Assembly: GCF_006345805.1 (NCBI RefSeq)
Contig: NC_043001.1
Location: forward strand, 121,830,001 to 121,894,000
Length of the DNA stretch: 64,000 nt
Origin: Octopus sinensis
Taxonomy: Eukaryota
Direction: 5' to 3'
This document shows, piece by piece, positions 36,702 to 50,295 of the stretch. A model generated the notes under the pieces. The model saw only the letters and a list, made by a program, of their open reading frames with translations, ran no database searches and was not told where the DNA came from. The position numbers and the translations under genes are program-made. Within the stretch, counting starts at the first letter, position 1; the number at the start of each line of letters is the position of its first letter.

Positions 36702-39700
36702 ATGATATATGTATTAGACAGTTTTCTATGCAGTTTTCGTCTACCAAAGTCAATGAAAATGTATTTGGCTGAACTGGGCCTGTATTAGAAGACACTTGCC
36801 CAAGCTGCAGCACCATACAATTGAATACGAAAGCAGGGGATTACAAAAGGAGGTTCTTAGCCACATTCATATATATGTATTAGATGGGTATCTATGCAGT
36901 TTTCGATTACCAAAGACAATGAAAAGGTATTTGGCTGATCTGGGCAAGTACAAGAAGATACTTGCCCAAACTGCAGCACCAGGCAATTGATTCAAAAACC
37001 AGGGGATTACAAAAGGAGCTTCTTAGTCACATTCATGTATATGTATTAGACGGTTCTCAATGCAGTTTTACTTTACCAAAGTCAATGAAAACTTATTTGG
37101 CTGATCTGGGCCAGTATGAGAAGACACATGCCCAAGTTGCAGCATCACGCACTTGAAACTGAATGCAGGGGATTAGAAAAGCCGGTTCTTAGCAACATAC
37201 ATGTATGTGTATTACACGGGTTTCTATGCAGTTTTCGTCTATCAAAATCAATGAAAATGTATTTGACTAATCTGGGCCATTATAAGAAAACACATGCCCA
37301 AGTTGCAGCACCAAGCAGTTGATTCAAAAACCAGGGGATTACAAAATGCGCTTCTTAGCCACATTCATGTATATGTATTAGACGGGTTTCTATGCAGTTT
37401 TCGTTCACCAAATTCAATAAAAATGTATTTGACTGATCTGGGCCAGTATGAGAAGACACATGCCAAAGTTGCAGCACCATGGAATTGAATCTGAAAAAAG
37501 GAGATTACAAAATGCGCTTCTTAGCCACATTCAAATATATGTTTTAGACGGGTTTCTATGCAGTTTTCTGTTACAAAATTCAATGAAAAGGTATTTGACT
37601 GATCTGGGCCATTATGAGGAGACATTTGCACAATTTGCAGCACCATGCAATTGAATCTGAGACCAAGGGATTACAAAAGGCGCTTCTTAGCCACATTCAT
37701 TTATATGTATTAGACGTATGTGTATGCAGTTTTCCTCTACCAAATTGATTGCAAAAATATTTTGCTGATCTGGTCCAGTATGAGAGGACACTTGCCCAAG
37801 TTGCAGCACCATGCAATTGAATCTGAAACCAGGGGATTAAAAAGGCGCTTCTTAGCCACATTCATATATATGTATTAGACGGGTTTCTATGCAGTTTTCG
37901 TCTACCAAATCAATAAAAGGCTACTTCGCTGATCTGGGCCACTATGAAAGACACATGCCAAAGTTGCAGCACCATGCAATTAACTCTGAATCCAGGGGAA
38001 TACAAAAGAGTCTTCTTAGCCACATTCATGTATATGTATTAGACGGGTTTCTATGCAGTTTTCCTCTACGAAGTCAATGAATAGTTATTTGGCTGATCTG
38101 GGCCAGTATGTGAAGACACATGCCCAAGTTGCAGCACCATGCAATTCAATCTGAAATCAGGGCATACAAAAGACGCTTCTTAGCCTCTTTCATGTATATG
38201 TATTAGACGGATTTCTATGCAGTTTCGTGTACCAAAATTAATGAAAAGGTATTTGACTGGTCTGGGCCAGTATGAGAAGACACTTGCCAACGTTGCAACA
38301 CCATGCAATTGAATCTGAAACCAGGGGATAACAAATGTCGCTTCTTAGCCACATTCATGTATATGTATTAGACAGGTTTCTATGCAGTTTTCCTCTACCA
38401 AAGTCAATGGAAAGGTATTTGGCTGATCTGGGCCAGTATGAGAAGACACTTGCCCAAATTTCAGCACCACGCAATTAAATCTGAAACCAGGGGATTACAA
38501 AAGGCTCTTCTTAGCCACATTCTTGTATATGTATTAGACAGGTTTCTATGCAGTTTTCATGTACCAAAATGTATGAAAAGGTATTTGACTGACATGGGCT
38601 AGTATGTGAAGACACATGCCGAAGTTGCAACTCCATGCAATTGAATCTGAATCCAGGGGATTACAAAAGGTGCTTCTTACCCTCATGCATGTATATGTAT
38701 GTATTAGACGGGTTTCTATGCAGTTTTCGTCTACCAAATCAATAAAAGGCTACTTCGCTGATCTGGGCCACAATGAGAACACATGCCGAAGTTGCAGCAC
38801 CATGGTATGGAATCTGAAACCAGGGGATGACAAAATGCGCTTCTTAGCCACATTCATATATATGTATTAGACGGGTTTCTATGCAGTTTTCGGGTACAAA
38901 ATTCAATGAAAAGGTATTAGGCTGATCTGGGCCAGTAGGAGAAGACACTTGCTCAAGTTACAGCACCATGCAATTGAATCTGAAACCAGGCGATTAGAAA
39001 ATGCGCTTTTTTGCCACTTGCATGTATATGTATTAGACTGGATTTTCTGCAGTTTTCATCTACCAAAGTCAATGAAAATGTATTTGGCTGATCTGGGCCA
39101 GTATGAGAAGACTGTTGCCCAAGTTGCAGCACCATGCAATTGAATCTGAAACCAGGGGATTAAAAAGGCGCTTCTTAGCCACATTCATATATATGTATTA
39201 GACGGGTTTCTATGCAGTTTTCGGGTACCAAATTCAATGTAAAGGTATTTTGCTGATCTGGGCCACTATGAAAGACACATGCCAAAGTTGCAGCACTATG
39301 CAATTGAATATGAATCCAGAGAATTAAAAACGGCGCTTCTTAGCCACATTCAAATATATATACTAGACGTGTTTCTATGCAGTTTTCGTCCACCAAATTC
39401 AATGAAAAGGTATTTTGCTGATCTGGGCCAGTATGAGAAGATACTTGCCCAAGTTGAAGCACCATGCAATGGAATCTGAATCCAGAAGATTACAAAAGGC
39501 GCTTCTCAGCCACATTGATTTATATTTATTAGACAGGTTTCTATGCAGTTTTCCTGTACCAAAATCAATGAAAAGGCTTTTGACTGATCTGGGCCAGTAT
39601 GAGAAGACACATGCCCAAGTTGCCGCACCATGCAATTGAATCTTAAACCAGGGGATTACAAAAGGCGCTTCTTTGACCCATGCGTGTATATGTATTAGAC

Positions 39701-42137
39701 GGGATTCTATGCAGTTTTCCTCCACCAAATTCAATGAAAAGGTATTTGGCTGATCTGGGCCAGTATGAGAAGACACTTGCCCAATTTGAAGCAACAGGCA
39801 GTAGAATCTGAAACCAGGGGATTACAGAAGGCGCTTCTTAGCCACATCCATATATATGTAATAGACAGGTTTCTATGCAGTTTTCTGTACTAAATTCAAT
39901 GAAAAGGTATTTGGCTGATCTGGCCAGTATGAGAAGACACTTTCCCAAGTTGCTGCACCATGCAATTGAATCTGAAATCAGGGAATTACAAAAGACGCTT
40001 ATTAGCCACATTCATGTATATGTATTAGACGGGTTTCTCTGAAGTTTTTTCTTACGAAAGTCAATGAAAGGGTATTTGGCTGATCTGGGCCAGTATGAGA
40101 GATACTTGCCCAAGTTGAAGCACCATGCAATGGAATCTGAATCCAGAAGATTACAAAAGGCGCTTCTCAGCCACATTGATTTATATTTATTAGACAGGTT
40201 TCTATGCAGTTTTCCTGTACCAAAATCAATGAAAAGGCTTTTGACTGATCTGGGCCAGTATGAGAAGACACATGCCCAAGTTGCCGCACCATGCAATTGA
40301 ATCTTAAACCAGGGGATTACAAAAGGCGCTTCTTTGACCCATGCGTGTATATGTATTAGACGGGATTCTATGCAGTTTTCCTCCACCAAATTCAATGAAA
40401 AGGTATTTGGCTGATCTGGGCCAGTATGAGAAGACACTTGCCCAATTTGAAGCAACAGGCAGTAGAATCTGAAACCAGGGGATTACAGAAGGCGCTTCTT
40501 AGCCACATCCATATATATGTAATAGACAGGTTTCTATGCAGTTTTCTGTACTAAATTCAATGAAAAGGTATTTGGCTGATCTGGGCCAGTATGAGAAGAC
40601 ACTTTCCCAAGTTGCTGCACCATGCAATTGAATCTGAAATCAGGGAATTACAAAAGACGCTTATTAGCCACATTCATGTATATGTATTAGACGGGTTTCT
40701 CTGAAGTTTTTTCTTACGAAAGTCAATGAAAGGGTATTTGGCTGATCTGGGCCAGTATGAGAAGACACGTGCCCCAGCTTCAGCACCATGCAATTGAATC
40801 TGAAACCAGGTGTATACAAAAGGTGTTTTTAGCCACATACAAATATATGTATTAGACGGGTTTCTATGCAGTTTTCTTGTACGAAATTCAATGAAAAGGT
40901 GTTTGACTTATCTGGACCTCTATTAGAAAACACATACCCAAGCTGCAGCACCATGCAATTGAATCTGAAACCAGGGATTTACAAAATGTGTTTTTTAGCC
41001 ACATTTATTAGACATGTTTCTATGCAGTGTTCTTCTACGAAATTCAATGAAAAGTTATTTTGCTGATCTGGGCCTGTATTAGAAGACACCTGCCCAAGTT
41101 GCAGCAACATGCGATTCAATCCGAAACCATGGTATTACAAAAGGAGCTTCTTAGCCACATTCATATATATGTATTAGATGTGTTTCTATGCAGTTTTCGT
41201 CTAGCAAGCTCGATGAACAGTTATTTGTCTTATCTGGGCCTGTATTAGAAGTCACTTGCCCAAGCTGCAACACGATGCAGGGGATTAAAAAAGGAGTTTC
41301 TTAGCTTCATCCATATATATCTATTAGACTGGCTTCTATGCAGTTTTCCCCTACCAAAATCAATGAAAAAGTATTTGGCTGATGTGGTTCTGTATTAGAA
41401 GACACGTGCCCAAGCTACAGCCCCATGCAATTGAATCTGAAACCAGGGGATTAAAAAAGGAGCTTCTTAGCCATATTCATATATATGTATTTGACGGATT
41501 TCTATGCAGTTTTCGTCTACCAAATTCAATGAAAAGGTATTTGGCTGATCTGGGCTTCTATTCGAAGACACTTGCCCAAGCTATAGCCCCATGCAATTGG
41601 ATTCGAACCCAGGGGATAACAAAAGGAGCTTCTTTTCCACATCCATATATATGTATTAGAAGGTTTCTATACAGTTTTCTTTTACCAAAATCAATGAAAA
41701 GGTATTTGGCTTATCTGGGCCTGTATTTGAAGACACTTGCCTAAGCTGCAGCACCATGCGTTTGAGTCCGGAAGCTAGGATTACAAAAGGAGCTTCTTTG
41801 CCACATTCATATATATGTATTCGACGGGTTTCTATGCAGTTTTCTTGTACCAAAATCAATGAAAACGTATTTGGCTGATCTGGGCCTGTATTAGAAGACA
41901 CTTGCCCAAGCTGCAACACCATGCGTTTGAATCCGAAAGCAGCGGATTTCAAAAGGAGCTTCTTTGCCACATTCATATATATGTATTTGACGGATTTCTA
42001 TGCAGTTTTCTTGTACCAAAATCAACGAAAACGTATTTGGCTGATCTGGGCCTGTATTAGAAGACACTTGCCCAAGCTGCAACACCATGTGTTTGAATCC
42101 GGAAGCAGTGGATTTCAAAAGAAGCTTCTTAACCACA
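36702..42137. repeat. ~165-bp satellite array, ~33 diverged monomers, SINE-B-derived
   Basis: 'ttctatgcagtttt' and 'gaagacacttgcccaag' recur every ~165-166 bp. Confidence 0.95.
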
Positions 42138-42789
42138 TGTTGCTGTTGTAGCTATAATTATTTTTTTACGTAGTACATGAGATCTTCGACATCTGTATAG
42201 TGAAGAGCCAGTAATTTTGCATTTATGATACCCAAGTCCTTAATAGCCAAGCAGATCATATGTAATAAAGCAACGGCAAAGAAATAACGAGCAATTTGTA
42301 AAGGCAATGCAATGAACGTTGTGGAGGGAAGAGAAAGAAAGGCAATGGCTTTTCGAGCGGTAGTCCTTTGTCAAGAGAAAGAGGGAGGCAGGGGGGAAAT
42401 AGAAAGGGAAAACGGAAAAAAAACGCAATTCTTATTCACCCTGCTGGAATGACCGCCAGAAAGTCGTGGAGTGAAGTTGATTGGTTTGTTTGCTGTAATT
42501 TATATTATTTACTTACATATCATTTTACCACACTGAAATAGATTTAACTCGGATTACATCTGACTTTTTTATTACTGTTTTTATACACTTCTGTCACACT
42601 ATCAATTTTCCCTCTCTTTCTCTCTCTACGCGCACGCACACACACACACACAACACACACACACACACACACACACACACTGTCTCTCTCCTTACTCTCT
42701 CTCTCTCTTACTCTCACTGCCCTTCGTTTATTCACCCTCGGCCTCTCTCTTTCTCTTACCCCCTCTCTGTGCTTTTGTTTTACTTCTTT

Positions 42790-43185
42790 TACTCTTTTAC
42801 TCTTTTACTTGTTTCAGTTATTTGACTGTGCCATGCTGGAGCACCACCTTTAGTCGATCAAATCGACCCCAGTACTTATTCTTTGTAAGCCTAGTACTTA
42901 TTCTATCGGTCTCTTTTGCCGAACCGCTAAGTTACACGGACGTAAACACACCAACATCGGTTGTCAAGCGATGTTGGGGGAGGGGGACAAACGTAGACAC
43001 ACACACATACATACATATATACGACGGGCTTGTTTCAGTTTCCGTCAACCAAATCCACTCACAAGGCTTTGGTCGGCCCGAGGCTATAGTAGAAGACACT
43101 TGCCCAAGGTGCCACGCAGTGGGACTGAACCCAGAACCATGTGGTTCGTAAGCAAGCTTCTTACCACACAGCCACTCCTACGCCT
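42790..43185 (-). mobile_element. SINE family B, full length
   Basis: Consensus match. Confidence 0.9.
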
Positions 43186-43456
43186 ACTTATTTATAATTG
43201 AGCATCACAAGACATATGATGGAACGTAAGCAAATAAGAACGCATCGTCGCTATCATAACCGACGTTGTTTGGTTAACCCCATTAAGGCTTCCCCGAGCA
43301 GACCGATGACCAAAAGAGTTCCTACCATGACCACTTCATCTATTTTATCTATCATGGTTTATATTATTCAATATGTCCTTTCCTTATTTACAACATTACA
43401 GTCTGATCTGAGGGAAGTTAAACAACAACGTAAAGACTACTCTCATTATCGGATGT

Positions 43457-43553
<97 letters not shown>

Positions 43554-43614
43554 ATGTGCGGTGGGAATAGAGGCAAATACTGTTTCTGATCTCTATAACA
43601 GTTTGGATATTCTT

Positions 43615-44175
43615 TTAGTCTTTTACTTGTTTCAGTCATTTGACAGCAGCCGTGGTGCTTATTCTATCGGAACTCTTTTGCCGAACCGCTAAGTTACAGG
43701 GACGTAAAGAAACCGGCATCGATTGTCAAAAGGGACGGGAACAAACATAGACGCGCACGCGCGCACACACACACATACACACGTACACACACATATATTA
43801 AGGGGTTTTCACACAGTTTCCTGTTTCTTTATTGTCCACAAGGTGCTAAACATAGAGGGGACAAACAAGGACAGACAAATGGATTAAGTCGATTACATCG
43901 ACACCGGTGCGTAACTGGCACTTAATTTATCGACCCCCGAAAGGATGAAAGGCAAAGTCGACCTCGGTGGAATTTGAACACAGAACATAACGCTAAGCAT
44001 TTCGCCCGGCGTGCTAACGTTTCTGCCAGCTCGCCGCCAGTTTCCATCAATCAAATTAATTCACAGGGCATTAGTCGGTGCGGGACGATGGTACAAGACA
44101 CTTGACCCTGGTACCACGCAGTGAGACTGAACCCAACAACAAGGGACTGCAAATCAAGCTTCATAACCACACAGT
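43615..44175 (-). mobile_element. SINE family B with a SINE family A copy (43815-44040) inserted
   Basis: The B sequence breaks at 'cagtttcc' and resumes after the A copy as 'cagtttccatcaatcaaatt'. Confidence 0.7.
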
Positions 44176-44582
44176 CAATAGACAATTTTCTGATTTGTTT
44201 GTTTGTTTGTTGTCTATCTGCCATGTTTGTGTTTATCTCATAGGTTGGCTATTTCTGTTGAGTAGTGGGTTTTTTTTTAATATTCTTTGTTATCGTGTAG
44301 TATTTAGGATTCAGTTTGTTGTTGATGTTGTTGTTGAAGTATAGGTACTTCTGCACTTATTTTGAGTGTATGGACTGAAGTGTCAATTGCTATTGCTGAA
44401 TTCTGTAAAATTCTATTGTCTTTTTGTGGAAGTGTTTCAGCTGAATTTTATTATAATTTTTTAAATTTATACAAATGTTCTTTTATTTTATTTTCCTTCA
44501 GTTCAGTTGTTGTATATATTGTGAAAGACAATATTAGTTGAAAGACAGCTTAAGGGCTGAGAGCAATACGGTTATAGAAGCT

Positions 44583-44817
44583 AGAAGGCGGCGAGCTGGC
44601 AGAATCGTTAGCACGCCGGGCAAAATGCTTTGCGGTATTTCGTCTGCCGTTACGTTCTGAGTTCAAATTCTGCCGAAGTAGACTTTGCCTTTCATCCTTT
44701 CGGGGTCGTTTAAATAGGTACCAGTTACGCACTAGGGTCGATATAATCGACTTAATTCGTGTGTCTGTCCTTGTTTGTCCTCTTGGTGTTTAACGCCTTG
44801 TGGGTAGTAAAGAAATA
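44583..44817 (+). mobile_element. SINE family A, full length
   Basis: Consensus match from 'aaggcggcgagctggcag' to 'gtaaagaaata'. Confidence 0.9.
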
Positions 44818-45120
44818 CGAAATAATCTTAAAACTTCGGAATTCTTCGTGGAGATAACAGGACAGCCTTGGACATGTAATTCTGCTTCAATAGACGTCAT
44901 CAACACAATTATCCCACCTTAGTTCCAGTAGCCAATGGAATTAGATCAAAAGAGAGTAGAACATGCTTCTGGCCTAGATAATTTCCATAATTTAAATAAG
45001 CGTAAGATAAGATAAATAAGTCAGAGTGGTCAGAGACATATATTTGAACAACAAATAAATGCTGGTACATGAATATCAAAAACCATAAAACTTAAGTTTT
45101 TGATTTATCAACATTATCTT

Positions 45121-45555
45121 CGCCGCTAGAGGATGACGCCGCTAGAGGATGACGCCGCTAGAGGATGACGCCGCTAGAATTAGGTCTTCTTGAGCCGGAA
45201 ATTGCCGGGTCATAGTGCTAGTGCATGCATATACAGCTGCGTGAGTGCGCACATACACGCGAGTACTGTCCAAATCTCCGACCAATCACATACAGTTAGC
45301 TGGCATTCATTTGGCGTATCAAGTTTCGGGCATTTTGACTGGGTTTTGGATAGAAAATTCACAAAAAAGTAACTTCTATTGATTTTTTAATGGCTTTGTG
45401 GGGTGACTGGGGAAATGTAAAGATGTGCACGACCATCCTTGGACGGTTTTGAATGACCATAGAAAGTGCGAGCCCTCTAACTGAAACATTGTGGATTTGT
45501 ATATAGGGTACATACACAGACAGACAGACATTTTGCCGTTTATATATAGAGAGAT
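45121..45555. mobile_element. Possible Helentron/DINE-like non-autonomous element preceded by a 16-bp tandem repeat
   Basis: Ends '(cagac/gaca)n..attttgccgtttatatatagagat', reminiscent of HINE/DINE ends; 'cgccgctagaggatga' x3.6 at 45121-45178. Confidence 0.35.
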
Positions 45556-45988
45556 ACTTGCATACAAGCATCCATGCATACTACATACATGCATATATAC
45601 ATGCATACAACCACACACACGTTAAGTTGAACTTAATGATTGCTTTTGATATTAATACTGCTTCTGCCACAATCAGTTATTTTGTAACAAGCCTGATGGC
45701 TATTTGCGACAGTGCCTTCTGAAAAGACACTGAAATTCTATATACTGATGACAATGAGAGTTAGCTGGACGTCTGCTACTGAGGAACCAAAAACTGGGCG
45801 AAATCATGTGATCTGGCAGTTCAGTCGGCTGTAGCAGACGATTCTCGTCTGCCAATAATATAAATACGAGTGCTTTTATGCACCGCGAATTCATATGAGA
45901 GGTTCTCTCTAGGTAAATATCACAGTATTCGATGTCCTAACAAAACAACCACTTTAAGTTGGGCATAAAGAATGGCATATACATACGT

Positions 45989-46023
<35 letters not shown>

Positions 46024-46291
46024 GTGCCATCCTGCGTCTGCCCACTTCCTTATAAACTACGTTAGTGGTTGCTTGTGGTATTAGTGGTGGTGTTGCCACT
46101 GTGTGGGATAAAAGTGAAAAGTTATATTAGTTCCACACTAGTTATTAATGCTGCCACTGTGATGGAAATAAGTCAAATAAGCTATGTTTGGTATATCAAT
46201 CAACAATAGCTATTAATGTTACCATTGTGATAGAAATAAGTCAAATCAACTATATATGTGTGTATGTATATATATATATATATGTGTATGT

Positions 46292-46386
<95 letters not shown>

Positions 46387-47014
46387 GTATATTTGCGTGT
46401 ATTTATTTATGTATGTATGTATATGTTATAATATCAGTACTCACTAGTTCCAAAAATCTATATTGGTTTGATGAGGGGAAAAATCTATTTCGGCAGATTT
46501 ATCAAACCAGATCGAATTGGCATCAATTTTATTGGCCTGTAGCCACAAAATGTTGTATATTTCCTCCGCTGGTGCTATTGTTAGTGCATTAAATGCATGC
46601 TATGCAAGACTATTCCGTTAACTATCACAAAAAAATAGAGTTTAGCCTTGTGCAACCAAGCGTGGCGAAACAGTTCTATTATAAACTTTATATTATATTT
46701 ATTTTACATCATTTCAAAATGTCGGTAAATGTATTTTACATACATCCCGCCTAGTAATTTGCTTCTTGTATATGCTTTGTTGTTGGTCTTGTAGTCTAAT
46801 TTAGGTTAGTTCTGATGAAGCAGGTCTATGATTCCAGGCCTTCCAATCATGACCATCCTATGTTAAAGATTTTATATGTGCATTTGTGTGCATGTGTGTG
46901 TGTGTGTATGTGTTAATTGACGTCATAAGAAGTGCATAAATGTTCGAGAGAACATGAATAATTTTATTTTGGAAGATTGGACCTCGAAGTACATCATATA
47001 AAGCTATAGATAAT

Positions 47015-47330
47015 AGTTTCATTTTTGGCACAGGGCCAACAGCTTTTGAGGGGAGTGGGAAGTCGATTCATTGATCTCACTACTTGATTTATACTTATTT
47101 TATCAATTCTGAGACGATGAAAGACTAAGTCGACGTCGGCAGAATTTGAACTCAGAACGTAAAGTTAGACGAAATACCGCTAAGCATTTTGACCAGCGTG
47201 CTAATGATTCTGCGAGCTGGCTGGTCGAATTTGCTTTCATATTTTCGTGATCGATAGAATTAATACCAGTCAAGTACTGGTATCGATGTAATCGACCTCG
47301 CCCACTGATCCTATACCAAAATTTGAAAGC
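47015..47330. mobile_element. Degraded SINE family A pair (- then +)
   Basis: 'gtcgacgtcggcagaatttgaactcagaacg' followed by 'gtcgaatttgctttcatattttcg'. Confidence 0.65.
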
Positions 47331-47337
47331 TATACAT

Positions 47338-47593
47338 CAGTGGTTCTCAAAATGGGCGGTATTGCCCCTTTTAGGGCAGTGAAAAGATCTAGTGGCGAGG
47401 GATATTGAGGACAGGTGGGGCTATAATGGGGTGAACAAAGGGAGTTATTTATGTAAAAAAAAATCCCAAATAATGGGTTAATTAGGTTTAGTTCTATTTG
47501 TGGAATACAGATCTTTTGAATTTGCTGTAGAAAGTAGTCTGTGTTTATAGTGGTGAGGGATGTGACCTTGCCTGAAACGTCTGGGAACCACTG
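47338..47593. mobile_element. hAT/Charlie-like MITE
   Basis: Termini 'cagtggttctcaaa' / 'tctgggaaccactg'; 8-bp flanks ctatacat / ctattaat (6 of 8 identical) may be a decayed TSD. Confidence 0.7.
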
Positions 47594-48342
47594 CTATTAA
47601 TATTGGGTTGAAATACCGTTTTGGATAGAAAATGCAGAAGGCTGTTATTTATAGCTTTTGTGATGTGCTTCGAGGTCGAATGTTCCAAAATATTACTTGC
47701 AGCTTCTGGTAGCGAAAATGTAGCCACTTTCAAGTCAACCAGGTTATCTTATGTTTCTGATGCTACAAGCAGAGACAGCAGAGGTCTGCAACGACCATTA
47801 ATAGTCAACCCCTGGACGGAGAAAGATCCAACTCCGTTTTTTTTTTTAAGTCCATAATCAGAATAAGTAGCGACTGACTTCTTTTTATCAGAAGACATCA
47901 TCTCTTTAACAATTTCGACCAATAGCAGAAGTTCAATACTTTTACCAGCCTCTCGAATGTTACAGGGTGCAGGTAAAATATCTAGATCAAATTAATTTCT
48001 TTAAGTTTGAAATATAAATATGCTACGTCACTTTTAAACATCTATATATCGCATTAAAATATCTTTAGTTTTACCAAAATGCCAAACTATCCCTCAAAAT
48101 ACTATAAAAGCCATTCAGACAAGCGCTCTTCGCTTCGTCGACCAGCATACTGTAGTGTAGAATAGCAAGCGATTAGATTCGTCATTGTTTTTGTTCGTAC
48201 ACCTCTCTGCAGAATAGTTTGTCATTAAGAAATTTGTTTCTGATTTTATTAATTATCGTAATCATGTATTGTAATATGTGATGTAAATGTTATCGATAAA
48301 TCACGCAATGCGCCGCAAATTTCTTTGGCACTTATTTTTTTG

Positions 48343-48760
48343 TAGGAGTGGCTGTGTGGTAAGTAGCTTGCTTACCAACCACATGGTTCCGGGTTCAGTC
48401 CCACTGCGTGGCACTTTGGGCAAGTGTCTTCTACTATAGCCTCGAGCCGACCAAAGCCTTGTAAGTGGATTTGGTAGACGGAAACTAAAAGAAGCCCGTC
48501 GTATATATGCATATATATATATATATATGTATGTATGTCTATATGTTTGTGTGTCTGTGTTTGTACCCCCAACACCGCTTGACAACCGATGCTGGTGTGT
48601 TTACGTCCCCGTAACTTAGCGGTTCGGCAAAAGAGACCGATAGAATAAGTACTAGGCTTACAAAGAATAAGTCCTGGGATCGATTTGCTCGACCAAAGGC
48701 GGTGCTCCAGCATGGCCACAGTCACATGACTGAAACAAATAAAAGTAAAAATAAAAGTAA
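48343..48760 (+). mobile_element. SINE family B, full length
   Basis: 'taggagtggctgtgtggtaagtagcttgcttaccaaccacatggttccgggttcagtcccactgcgtggcactttgggcaagtgtcttct..' through the tail. Confidence 0.92.
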
Positions 48761-49539
48761 TGAATCCACAGAGTGGAAACTCACTGTCGACAGAGCTCCA
48801 TCACTTACAGCTGTCGTTTATATTTATAATAGGAATTTCTTTTTCTTTAAAATGTCTTCCACAAGAAATATCGATCCTCTGTTAGTATATGTTACCAAAT
48901 GTCTAGCAAATAATAACGCTTGAGTTATTTTTCTTTTATAAACCGAATGTAAGCTAACAATAAAGCTACAGTCCTTGGTAGATTTGATTCATCTTGTTAT
49001 AATGAAAACCAGGCAGACCTCATGAAATTGAATATGTTTTCCTCATCCTTGTTTTATTTTGTCACTCTGTTGTGTTTGTGCTCAAAGGAATTTTCTTGAT
49101 TATGTCAATTGCTATTTTGTACAAAAATGAGACGAAGAATTTCACTTCCAGCTGGTAAGATCAATTATTTGCCAATAGTAAGTGGCTTTCCAGATTTGGT
49201 AATCAGCAATATATTTTTTGATATACACGTAACCCATCATTTTCTTGTATTTATACGGAATATGACAACGGCTGTTACTACAAAATTGGTCTCCGAGCGC
49301 TTTATTTTATTTTGTTAAGATAAATTTTTATTTGTTATGTAATATTAACTTTATTCAAGTGCTCTTCTAATATTGGAAATTTCACTGATCCACTGGAAAA
49401 CATTTTTCCCAGGTCAGGTACATCGGTATTCGTTTGTTTACAAATGATGGAATGAAGCTATACTTTTAATATTTGATACGGTACCACTGATATTTCTTCT
49501 TTGGTTCAGCTATGTATATGGCTATAAAAATACATCATT

Positions 49540-50295
49540 ATTCTTTTACTTGTTCCTGTCATTTGACAGGAGCACTGCCTTAAAGGGTTTTAGTCGAAGA
49601 AACCGACTCCAGGACTTATTCTTTGTAAGCCTAGTATTTATTCTATCGGTCTCTTTTGCCGAATCGCTATATTACAGAAACATAATCAAACTAGCATCAG
49701 TTGTCATGCGATAGTGGGGGGTAGCAAACACAGACACACACACAAACACACACACACACACACACACGCGCACATTTATATATATATATATGTTAAAAAT
49801 GGGGAAGGCCGGTTTATGGGATTACCAAAAGGTCTTGGGCCAACGGATTTTGGGATCTGACGATACACCATCAAGCTAAACCCTTTATGGGCAGGAAACC
49901 TAACGTAATCCCATAGACCTTCCCCATTTCTAATATATACTGCTCTATAAGAGTGTGCTTCTTCTTTGGCCAAGTGTCTTCTATTGTAGCTCCGTGACGT
50001 CCAATGCCATATGAGTGAATTTGGTAGGCAGAAACTGTGTGAAAACTCGCCTTATGCATGTATTAATCTGTGTCTGTCTGTGTGTATCTATGTTTGTCCC
50101 CAACCACCGCTTGACAACCGATGTTGCTTTGTTAACGCCCTCGTAGCTTAGTGGTTCGGCAACAGGTTGCGATAGACTAAGTAGCAGATAAAAAAAAACA
50201 TAATCAGTGGGATCGATTTGTTCGACGAAAACCTTTTAGGGCAGTGCCCCAGCATGGCCACAGTTCAATGACTGAAATAATTAAAAAGTAAACGA
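49540..50295. mobile_element. Two degraded SINE family B copies in opposite orientation
   Basis: Minus copy 49540-49740; plus copy 49950-50295. Confidence 0.7.

Noticed and set aside
36555-42151. Family of similar 60-147 aa ORFs (MPKLQHHAIESE..)
   Set aside because: Products of the 165-bp satellite; frequent stops and frame changes between monomers give no sign of coding constraint.
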